From positions 1,963-65,962 of the forward strand of contig JAXDAV010000010.1 of the NCBI GenBank assembly GCA_034679465.1: DNA of 64,000 nt, given 5' to 3'. Each line of letters starts with the position of its first letter. The first letter of the stretch is position 1. Made by a program: the position numbers and the translations under genes. The notes below the pieces were generated by a model that saw only the letters and a program-made list of their open reading frames with translations, was not told where the DNA came from and searched no databases. The DNA comes from Candidatus Aminicenantes bacterium. GTDB taxonomy: Bacteria; Acidobacteriota; Aminicenantia; Aminicenantales; Saccharicenantaceae. Shown here piece after piece: positions 1 to 8,846 of the stretch.

Positions 1-52
1 CGTTTTTCAGATTAGCGACTAGCCGTTGATAAGACGCTGGAGGGAAAGGAAA

Positions 53-559
53 ATGCCGCCACGGGAGAAAGAGAGGCAGGGCATGTTTAGGCCGGTTCTA
101 ATTCTTCTTCTGTCCTTATCGTCCATCCACTGCGGCCCGGGTGAATCAACCCCGAGAGAGGCGGGAGCTTCCGTGGAGAGAATGCAGGAGATATCTCAAA
201 CCCCATACGAGATATGCGATAAGGAAGGCTTTGCTAATGGGGGGAGTAGTAGGTTAGATCAAATTGAGAAGCCCTATGTCGTGCGACAAGTCCGAGGCCG
301 CATCTTTTGGGAAGCCGGCTGGCCTGGAAAGAAAGGACCTCTGTTCGAGATCCGCAAAATCGGGAAGAACACAAGAATCCGAGGAGTTCACGCAGACTTG
401 GATGGGTATTTCGTCATGAAGAACGTCCGCGAAGGCCGATATTGTTTTCAGGTCAGTGAGTATGCGTTCACATCAATTATCGGATTCATCTTCGTCGATA
501 AACACGCTGATCCAAAAAAGGAGATCTTCATTGAAATGGGCCCGGACATCGTCCCTTAG
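53..559 (+). CDS. exported CarboxypepD_reg-like (beta-sandwich) domain protein
   Basis: ORF 26..559. It has a hydrophobic signal-like segment MFRPVLILLLSLSSIHC. VHADLDGYFVMKNVREGRYCFQV resembles the carboxypeptidase-regulatory-like domain motif. GGAGGGAAAGG precedes the ATG at 53 (alternative ATG at 83). The region is clearly AT-richer than the rest of the window. Confidence 0.5.
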   Translation: MPPREKERQGMFRPVLILLLSLSSIHCGPGESTPREAGASVERMQEISQTPYEICDKEGFANGGSSRLDQIEKPYVVRQVRGRIFWEAGWPGKKGPLFEIRKIGKNTRIRGVHADLDGYFVMKNVREGRYCFQVSEYAFTSIIGFIFVDKHADPKKEIFIEMGPDIVP

Positions 560-610
560 AACAGGCCTGCTCCTTAATACCGGGGCAGAGGGGATTAGAT
601 TTGGAAAAGG

Positions 611-1543
611 CTAGGCCGGCTTCTTGACGCGGAGGTCCGGAGAGACTTCCCTTTTGCCGAGGAACTCGTAGCTGATCGCCCCGAACTTGCACGACGAGAC
701 GCAGCGCAGGCAGCGGACGCAGTCGGCCGAATTGGCCTTCTCGTAGATCTTGATCTCGACCGGGCAATCCTTGTGACACTGGTTGCAGAGGGTGCATTTC
801 TCGTCGTCGACGGCCATGCGGAAGAGGCTCCCCCGATTGAACAACCCCCAGAACGCGCCGAGGGGGCAGACCGTCCGGCAGAAGGGCCGCTGGCTGAAGA
901 CGAACCAGCCCGCGAAGAGGGCGAGCAGGCCGAGCTTCCAGTAATACATGAGCCCGAGGAGCGGCCGCAGGTCCGCTTTGATGAGCATGAGCGGGATTCC
1001 GGCTTCGAGCGTCCCGGCCGGGCAGATCCACTTGCAGAACCAGGTCTGGCCGTAGCCGAACTCGTCGACGATGAGGAGCGGCAGGGCGACGACCATGACC
1101 GCCAGGACGACATAGCGGAAGTAGGTCATGAGGCGCGGGATCCTGAGCTTGGGCGTCCGGATCTTGTAGAAGAGCTCCTGGATGAAGCCGAAGGGGCAAA
1201 CCCAGCCGCAGGGCATGCGGCCGACGGCGCTGCCCACGGCGGCCATGAAGCCGGCGACATAGAGCCCGAACTTCTTCTCGGCGATGGACAGGTTGAAGCG
1301 CAGGCCGCCGAAGAAGGTCTGCATGGCCCCGATGGGGCAGGCGCCCATGGCCGAGGGGCAGGAATAGCAGTTGAGGGCGGGGACGCAAACGCCCTTGATG
1401 CCGCCCTGGAAGATCTCGCCCTTGAACCAGGACGGGATCCAGGCGTTGAGGCCTAAGGCGAAGGCGGCCTGGTACCAAGGCCTCTTGTCGCGGGGCTTCC
1501 GAGGCGGAGGGGCCTTCGGCGACGGGGCCATCGTCGCGCTCAC
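611..1543 (-). CDS. membrane polyferredoxin, 4Fe-4S binding protein (NapH/MauN/YccM-like)
   Basis: 310 aa. Repeated membrane Cys motifs CYSCPSAMGACPIG, CGWVCPFG, CKWICPAG, CRTVCPLG. Two C-terminal ferredoxin-type clusters, CTLCNQCHKDCP and CVRCLRCVSSC. The GTG at 1543 overlaps the upstream stop (GTGA); alternative ATG at 1531. Confidence 0.8.
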   Translation of the reverse strand: MSATMAPSPKAPPPRKPRDKRPWYQAAFALGLNAWIPSWFKGEIFQGGIKGVCVPALNCYSCPSAMGACPIGAMQTFFGGLRFNLSIAEKKFGLYVAGFMAAVGSAVGRMPCGWVCPFGFIQELFYKIRTPKLRIPRLMTYFRYVVLAVMVVALPLLIVDEFGYGQTWFCKWICPAGTLEAGIPLMLIKADLRPLLGLMYYWKLGLLALFAGWFVFSQRPFCRTVCPLGAFWGLFNRGSLFRMAVDDEKCTLCNQCHKDCPVEIKIYEKANSADCVRCLRCVSSCKFGAISYEFLGKREVSPDLRVKKPA

Positions 1544-1674
1544 CCGATCCCGATGCAGTCGAGGCAGACCGTGACGGCCTTCTCGAGGACGGTCCTGTAC
1601 TCGCCGAGGAGAAGCCCGGCGATCATGACGGCGAGCGAGATCCCGAGCAGGACCCAGGGCCGTCGGCGCTTCAC
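1540..1674 (-). CDS. small CXXC membrane protein (CD1871A-like)
   Basis: 44-codon ORF hidden in the 3' part of the 170-aa track ORF. The GTG start overlaps the thioredoxin stop (GTGA at 1671-1674). It has one TM helix (WVLLGISLAVMIAGLLLG) and the C-terminal VCLDCIGIG ending typical of these mini-proteins, which usually sit next to polyferredoxins. Confidence 0.6.
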   Translation of the reverse strand: MKRRRPWVLLGISLAVMIAGLLLGEYRTVLEKAVTVCLDCIGIG

Positions 1675-2300
1675 CGGCCGGTCCCCGCGACGAGTGCCTT
1701 GACGGCGGCGTCGAGCTCGGCGACGTGCTCGTCCTTGAAGCCGACGTGGGCGTGGGTGATCGTGCCCGTGGCGTCGAAGATGTAAACGACCGGGATCTCC
1801 TGGACGCCGTATTGCTTCTTCATGTCCTTGGCCGTCGCGCAGGATGCGGCCGGCGAGGCGCCCGAGGGCGGATCGGCCAGCATGGGGTAGGTGATCTTGA
1901 GCTTGGCATAGAACGGCTTGACGACCTTGCCGCCGGCCTCGTCGAGGGCGATGCCGAGCAGGACGAGTCCCCCCTCGGTCTGACCGGGGGCGGGCTTGTA
2001 GGTCTCGCTGAGCCTCTGCATGTGCGGCATGGCCTTGCGGCAGGGCACGCACCAGGTGGCCCAGAAGTCGATGAGGACGGCGGCCGGGCGGGTCTTGACG
2101 GTCTTCGTCTCGCCCGCGACCGTCTCGGTCACGATGAGGGTCAGCCTTCCTTCCTCCGTGGTGACCGTATAGTCCTTGCCGTCGATGTTCTTGAGGGAGA
2201 ACGGGATGAGCTTGTCGCCGGGCTTCATGACCGCGAACGAAGGGGCGGACAGAGCGAGGATGAGGGCGCCGGCGCAGACAAGCTTGAGGTGCGGTTTCAT
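1671..2300 (-). CDS. TlpA/ResA-family thiol-disulfide oxidoreductase (exported thioredoxin fold)
   Basis: 209 aa. Signal peptide MKPHLKLVCAGALILALSAPSFA. Active site DFWATWCVPC. Confidence 0.85.
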   Translation of the reverse strand: MKPHLKLVCAGALILALSAPSFAVMKPGDKLIPFSLKNIDGKDYTVTTEEGRLTLIVTETVAGETKTVKTRPAAVLIDFWATWCVPCRKAMPHMQRLSETYKPAPGQTEGGLVLLGIALDEAGGKVVKPFYAKLKITYPMLADPPSGASPAASCATAKDMKKQYGVQEIPVVYIFDATGTITHAHVGFKDEHVAELDAAVKALVAGTGR

Positions 2301-2365
2301 GTCTCCCAGTTTAGCGGCCCACGCAGGTTATTTCAAGACAAGGGACACATAAGAACGGGGACAGG

Positions 2366-2929
2366 TCAAAACCTGTAGGCCAGCCCCAGGCCGGCGGCGA
2401 ACCCGCCGATCCTGGCTTCGAGCGGGTCATCGCCCGGGGTCCGCAGGGTACAGGATCTGTACCCGGCGAAGGCATCGAGCCAGAGCGGGCCGTCGAGCCG
2501 GGCCATGATCCCGGCCTGCCCAAGGAAGCCCAAGCCTCCGTCGCTCACCGAGCCGATCGGATTCTTCTCACGAAAGAAAAAGTAGGCGGCCGCCAGGCCG
2601 ATATAGGGCCGGAGCTTCGTCTGGCCGAACTGGGCCCTCAGCCCCGCGAAGACCGGCACGATGCGGACCTCGGTCTCCTCCTCGGAGATCGTGGTGAGCC
2701 CCGATTTGGAAAAGCGCTCGACGCCGGCCCAGGCGCGGAGAGGCCCGGAGAGCGGGACGGAGGTTTCCAGGCCGAGGAGCAGGCCGCTCCCGTAGACGTC
2801 TTTGAAGACGGAGTCGGACGGCAGGAAATAGCCGCCCTTGACCGCGATGAGCGCCCCGTCGCCCCGGGCCGCGCCGGCGAACAGGACAAAGAAGAGGACC
2901 GCCAGGCCCGCTCTCTTCAGCTTGTTCAT
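2366..2929 (-). CDS. outer-membrane beta-barrel protein (porin-family/OmpW-like size)
   Basis: ATG at 2929 gives signal peptide MNKLKRAGLAVLFFVLFAGAARG. It has an alternating amphipathic strand pattern and a terminal GLAYRF aromatic residue. The first 25 codons of the 212-aa track ORF run into the MITE and are discounted. Confidence 0.7.
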   Translation of the reverse strand: MNKLKRAGLAVLFFVLFAGAARGDGALIAVKGGYFLPSDSVFKDVYGSGLLLGLETSVPLSGPLRAWAGVERFSKSGLTTISEEETEVRIVPVFAGLRAQFGQTKLRPYIGLAAAYFFFREKNPIGSVSDGGLGFLGQAGIMARLDGPLWLDAFAGYRSCTLRTPGDDPLEARIGGFAAGLGLAYRF

Positions 2930-2966
2930 CGCGCCGATTCTATGGTTCCCCGTACGGCTTGTCAAC

Positions 2967-3200
2967 CTAATGGGGTCGGACCTCAGCAATATGAATGTTA
3001 TCAATGAGATAAGTCCATTTTTTGGGCTCTAAATCGCTTATAACGGCCGTTTTGGGGCCCGAAAATGAAAATCCAACGCCGCGAATTATTGCGGTTTTTC
3101 ATTTTCGAGGCTAAAAACACTGGTTTTAAGGCTTTTTGAGCCCAAAAAACTGTATTATCTAATTGAATATAAAAGAATTGCTGAGGTCCGACCCCATTAG
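2967..3200. mobile_element. MITE-like element, 234 bp, AT-rich, with perfect 24-bp terminal inverted repeats
   Basis: CTAATGGGGTCGGACCTCAGCAAT (2967-2990) is the exact reverse complement of 3177-3200. The interior is an extended imperfect palindrome (TTTTTTGGGCTC / GAGCCCAAAAAA; CGAAAATGAAAA / TTTTTCATTTTCG). It has no coding capacity and contrasts strongly in composition with the flanks. Confidence 0.75.
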
Positions 3201-6145
3201 CGGACGACGAGGCTGATCGGGGTGATGACCGTCAATCCGCCGGAGGTCCCCTGGACCTGGATCGTATAGGTCCCGGCCGGGGTCCCCTGGTTCTGTGCCT
3301 CGTTCGGCCCGCCCGCGCCGCAGCCGGCGAGCCCGATGGCGAAAAGGACGAGGGCCGCGGCGGCCATCCGGCGGCGGGCCGGGGCACTAGACAGCGTCCG
3401 GCGGGAGAGGGCCCAGGCGACCAAGGCCGCCAGGAGAAGGCCCAGGCCCAAAGCGGGCGGCACGAGACCGGCCCGCCCGGCCGCGGCCGCGCCGAAAGCG
3501 GCCGTCCGGGCGGTCGTCCTCAGCGTCAGGGTCGTCGCCGCGGGGGAAGCGCCGGGCGTCACGCTCGCCGGCGCGAAGGACGCCGTACAGCCGCGCGGCA
3601 TCCCCAGGCAGCTGAGCGCCACGGCGGCCGTGAAGGGACCGTGCCGCGGCGCCAGCTCGATGACGCTGGTCGCCGATCCGCCCGCGTCGACGCTCAGGTC
3701 GGGGTCGGCCGCGGTCATCGTGAAGTCGGCGACCGGAAAGGCGATGACCTGCGAGAGCCCGCCGGCCGGGGCCGGATTGAAGATGACGGCCTCGATGGCG
3801 CCGGCCGTCGAGAGGTTCTGCGCCGTCACCGCGCCCCGGACCTCGGTGGAGCTGACGTGCGTCGTCGGGAGGTCGATGCCGTTCCAGCGGACGATCGTGT
3901 TGGAGACGAAGCTCGTCCCGCGGCACGTCAGGGTGAAGCCGGCCCCGCCCGCGTTCGCTTCGGTCGGGCTGACCGAGGTCAGGGTCGGCAGGGGGTTGTT
4001 GACGGGGAATTGGACGGCGTTGCTCAGGAAGCCGCCGGGGTTGCGAACGACGACCGGGACGGTCCTGCCCACCGCCAGGTCGGCCGCGCTGATCTGAGCG
4101 TCCAGGCGCGAGCTCGAGACGAACGTCGTCGGGCGGTCGCTCCCTTCCCAGGTCACGACGGCCCCGTTCTCGAACTGGGCCCCGGTCACGGCCAGGACCA
4201 GGTCGGCGCGGCCCGCGGCGGCGCTCCCGGGGGCCAGGGACGTGATCCTGTGGCCCAGCACGGTCGGGGCGTTCATGTCGCCCGCGAGGGGCGCCCGGGC
4301 GGATTCGCCGCGGCCGTCCTCGAACGCGCAGTGAAAGCTGTGCTCGCCCGTGGGAAGCAGGGTCGAGTAGCTGTACCATCCGCTGGCGGCTTGGCCCGAG
4401 ATCAGGGTCATGGCATGGGGGACGCCGTCGAGGACGATGTCCTTCACCGCCGGCGCGTCGCCGTCGGGGTCGACGTAGCGGACGGTGAACGTGTACGTGT
4501 CCGCGACCCCGCCGCTCAGGGGACTGACCCCTGGCGTTTGGAGCAGTGGCGGATGGTTGAAGGCGGCTCCGAGGTAGGTGTAATCGACGTAGGCGTATCC
4601 CTGCCGGGCATCGATCGTCTGGGGGACGTTCGACGACGCGGCCTCGGTGTCCGGGTCGGTCGTCCGGTCGATGATCTTGAAGGCGCTGAGCGTCGCCGCC
4701 TCCCCGCCGGCGTTGTCCAAGACCCCCAGGTAGTAGCGCTGAGGGCCGGCGGCCAGGATGTCCGTGAGGTCCAGGGCGAACGTCGCCTCGACCGCCGTCG
4801 ACGAGCCGTCGAAGGCATATTCTCCGCCATCGTTCGTCAGGGCCTCCGGGACCCAGGTGGTCGACGGCGTCGTCGCCGTCGGGTTCGAGCGGCCGAGGGA
4901 AAGCCTGATCTGGTTCCTCTTGGCATGGTTGATGGTGAACTCGCCGATCATCAGCGGCGCATAGCTGTTCCTCGCCGTCAGCACGAAGACCATGTCGCTC
5001 TGGAAGGCCGCGACGCGCCCGACCGAGGGGCCGCCGACGACGGCCGACGGATATCTGAGGGCGTCATAGGCCAGCCAGGTGAAGCCGCCCTCGCGCCACC
5101 CCGACCCCCAGGAGTTGGCGATCCGGAAGGCGCCCTTCTCCCCCGCATCGACGACCCCGTTCGAGTTGATGTCCGTCCAGATGGCGTCGTTGTAGCCGAC
5201 GATGGTCATCGCGTGACTGCCCTGAACGCCGTCGAGCCAGTAGGCGATGGCCTTCCCCACCGCGGCGTCGTCGTCGGAAGTCGAGGCGTCGTCCCGGACG
5301 GTCCCGAAGACCCAGGAGGTGATGTAGGTCCCGAAGACGACGACGTAGCCGTCGGTCAGGAGCTCCTTGACCAGATCGAGCCCGATGTCCGTGTCGACGT
5401 CATAGACATACTGGATGGCCTTCGTCCGGGCGCCGAGGGCGTTCTTCCAGGCGCCGGGGTCCAGGCACCAACCGAGATAGCTCGAATCGTAGGGGAATTC
5501 GGCCCAGGTCGCGGCCCCGTGCTTTTCGATGAGGGCATAGCTCCCGGTGAAGCTCGAGCCGCTGTCGGTCCCGCCGTTGACCAGGTTGTAGGTCCATTTC
5601 GGCGAATATTTGTTGGTGTTGTCGGAGGGGCTCCGGATGTCCAAATTGCGCTGAAAGGCCGTCATGTGCGAGAGCTGGGTGTAGGTCGTGGCGAAGGCGA
5701 CGCACGCGCCGAGACTGCCCTGGCTCCGGATCGGCGGGAAGTGGCGCAGGAGGCTGTTGTCGACGCTGACGGGCAGATCGCCGGCCAGGAGGTCGTTCGG
5801 GGCGGCGGCGAGGACGGCCGCCCCGGGAACGTCCAGGAAGCCCCTGGTCTCGAAGCCGATCGGCTCGACGACCCGGGGGTCGAGCGCCGGCCTGCCTCTC
5901 CGGGCCCGGACCTCGTTGACGCGCTCGAAGCCCAGGGGGTTGAGGCCGACGCGGGTGATGCGCGGCCAGGCGGAGATGATTCGCTCGACCTCGCTGGCGT
6001 CGAGCGGGATGAGGCCTGTCGCCGGCGGGGCGCCGGCCTCCCGATCCTGGGCCGCGGGCCCTCCGCCTCCGGCGATGAACAACCCGCCCAGGACCAGGAT
6101 CGTCGCCCGCACGGCGATCTTGCGCCTGCGTCCCCTGCTTCCCAT
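3197..6145 (-). CDS. secreted papain-family (C1) cysteine peptidase with IPT/TIG-like repeats and an unusual hydrophobic C-terminal region
   Basis: Catalytic motifs SQGSLGACVAFATTY (Gln/Cys), HAMTIVGYND (His) and ANSWGSGWREGGF (Asn). N-terminal signal/TM segment IAVRATILVLGGLFIAGGG. Two IPT/TIG-like repeats. ATG at 6145 chosen; GTG at 6166 is also possible. The stop TAA (3197-3199) lies inside the MITE terminal repeat. Confidence 0.8.
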   Translation of the reverse strand: MGSRGRRRKIAVRATILVLGGLFIAGGGGPAAQDREAGAPPATGLIPLDASEVERIISAWPRITRVGLNPLGFERVNEVRARRGRPALDPRVVEPIGFETRGFLDVPGAAVLAAAPNDLLAGDLPVSVDNSLLRHFPPIRSQGSLGACVAFATTYTQLSHMTAFQRNLDIRSPSDNTNKYSPKWTYNLVNGGTDSGSSFTGSYALIEKHGAATWAEFPYDSSYLGWCLDPGAWKNALGARTKAIQYVYDVDTDIGLDLVKELLTDGYVVVFGTYITSWVFGTVRDDASTSDDDAAVGKAIAYWLDGVQGSHAMTIVGYNDAIWTDINSNGVVDAGEKGAFRIANSWGSGWREGGFTWLAYDALRYPSAVVGGPSVGRVAAFQSDMVFVLTARNSYAPLMIGEFTINHAKRNQIRLSLGRSNPTATTPSTTWVPEALTNDGGEYAFDGSSTAVEATFALDLTDILAAGPQRYYLGVLDNAGGEAATLSAFKIIDRTTDPDTEAASSNVPQTIDARQGYAYVDYTYLGAAFNHPPLLQTPGVSPLSGGVADTYTFTVRYVDPDGDAPAVKDIVLDGVPHAMTLISGQAASGWYSYSTLLPTGEHSFHCAFEDGRGESARAPLAGDMNAPTVLGHRITSLAPGSAAAGRADLVLAVTGAQFENGAVVTWEGSDRPTTFVSSSRLDAQISAADLAVGRTVPVVVRNPGGFLSNAVQFPVNNPLPTLTSVSPTEANAGGAGFTLTCRGTSFVSNTIVRWNGIDLPTTHVSSTEVRGAVTAQNLSTAGAIEAVIFNPAPAGGLSQVIAFPVADFTMTAADPDLSVDAGGSATSVIELAPRHGPFTAAVALSCLGMPRGCTASFAPASVTPGASPAATTLTLRTTARTAAFGAAAAGRAGLVPPALGLGLLLAALVAWALSRRTLSSAPARRRMAAAALVLFAIGLAGCGAGGPNEAQNQGTPAGTYTIQVQGTSGGLTVITPISLVVR

Positions 6146-6205
6146 GATCGACCTGCGAAACTCCACTTCTCTTATTTAGTCTATTAAGACGGACCCTGTT
6201 TGAAA

Positions 6206-6244
6206 TGTCAAGGTTTGACAGTCGCACCGACCCTCCCATAGAAT
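6206..6244 (+). promoter_or_regulatory. sigma70-like promoter of xylB with an overlapping palindrome
   Basis: TTGACA (6215-6220), 18-nt spacer, TAGAAT (6239-6244), 21 nt before the ATG. The -35 box is the right arm of the palindrome TGTCAA-GGT-TTGACA (6206-6220), a possible operator. Confidence 0.4.
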
Positions 6245-6265
6245 CGGGGGAAAGCGAGGTCGCAA

Positions 6266-7786
<1,521 letters not shown>

Positions 7787-7798
7787 GACGTCCCGCGG

Positions 7799-8845
7799 TC
7801 AGCCCAGCGCGCGGGCCGTTTCGTACATGGCCAGGACGTTCTCGACCGGCGTCAGGGCCTGGATGTTGTGGCAGGGCGCCAGGATGTAGCCGCCGCCGGC
7901 GCCGAGGAGGCGCAGGTTGTCCTCGACCTCGCGCCGGACCTCGTCGACCGTCCCGAACGGCAGGGTGTACTGGTTGTCCATGCCGCCGTGGAGGACGACG
8001 CGGGGCCCGAACTCGGCCTTGAGCCGCTCCCGCTCCATGCCCGGACAGCGCCACTGGAGAGGATTGAGGAGATCGATCCCCAGCCCGATCATGTCGGGGA
8101 TGATCCGCCAGCAGCTGCCGTCGTTGTGGTGGAAGGCGTGGGCGCCGGCCTGGTGGGCCAGGTCGATCATCCGCTTCATCCCGGGCAGGAGGAACTCGCG
8201 GATGTGCCGGACCGAGATCATGAGGTCGGTCTGCCCGCCCATGTCCTCGGCGACGTAGGAGATGTCGACCCGGCCGGGAACGGCCTCGTAGATCCGGACG
8301 GCGCACTCGTAGGCCAGGTCGAAGAGCTTGCCCAGGCCGTAGTGGGCGATCTCGGGGTTCTCGACGAGGTCGACGAAGGCCTGCTCCGCGCCCCGCAGCT
8401 CCTTGTAGATGAGGAAAGGCTCGGAGCCGCCGCCGCGGATGGGATGGCCGGCCGCGCCTGCGGCCTGGGCCGGAATGTCCGAGAAGTCCCACCAGTCGGC
8501 GCGGGGCCAGACATAGCTCTTTTCGATCTCCGCGACGGTCTTGAAGCCGGCCAGGGGGGAATGGACGCACTCCCGGTAGGCGCCCGGGCCGTAATCGACG
8601 ATCCGGAAACGGCGGCCGAACGCGTCCCGCCCCCGGCGCGGGCCGGCGTAGCGGGGCCGGAGCCGGACCTCATAGTCGATGCCGAGCCGGTCGAGCATCC
8701 GGCGCCGGGTCCGACAGCCGAGGCGCTTCATCAGCTTGCGGTCGAACTCGGGCGTCGCCCAGTAGTCGGTCGGGAGGCGGTCGGGCTTCTGGCGGGCGAA
8801 AAGGGCCAGCCAGCGCTCGCGGGAGGTCATGGCGTCCCGGCGCAT
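7799..8845 (-). CDS. uroporphyrinogen decarboxylase (URO-D) family protein
   Basis: 348 aa. MTSRERWLALFARQKPDRLPTDYW at the N-terminus and ...GGGYILAPCHNIQALTPVENVLAMYETA at the C-terminus are characteristic of URO-D/MtaA-like enzymes. Alternative ATG at 8830. Confidence 0.7.
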   Translation of the reverse strand: MRRDAMTSRERWLALFARQKPDRLPTDYWATPEFDRKLMKRLGCRTRRRMLDRLGIDYEVRLRPRYAGPRRGRDAFGRRFRIVDYGPGAYRECVHSPLAGFKTVAEIEKSYVWPRADWWDFSDIPAQAAGAAGHPIRGGGSEPFLIYKELRGAEQAFVDLVENPEIAHYGLGKLFDLAYECAVRIYEAVPGRVDISYVAEDMGGQTDLMISVRHIREFLLPGMKRMIDLAHQAGAHAFHHNDGSCWRIIPDMIGLGIDLLNPLQWRCPGMERERLKAEFGPRVVLHGGMDNQYTLPFGTVDEVRREVEDNLRLLGAGGGYILAPCHNIQALTPVENVLAMYETARALG

Positions 8846-8846
8846 G

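Noticed and set aside
3641-6187. 848-aa ORF on the plus strand (also 3336..4097, 3387..4379, 5400..6275 and others)
   Set aside because: It is antisense or out of frame to the well-supported C1 peptidase gene. The product is a low-complexity Arg/Gly/Asp/Pro/Ala-rich string with no motifs, the typical long spurious ORF of GC-rich DNA.
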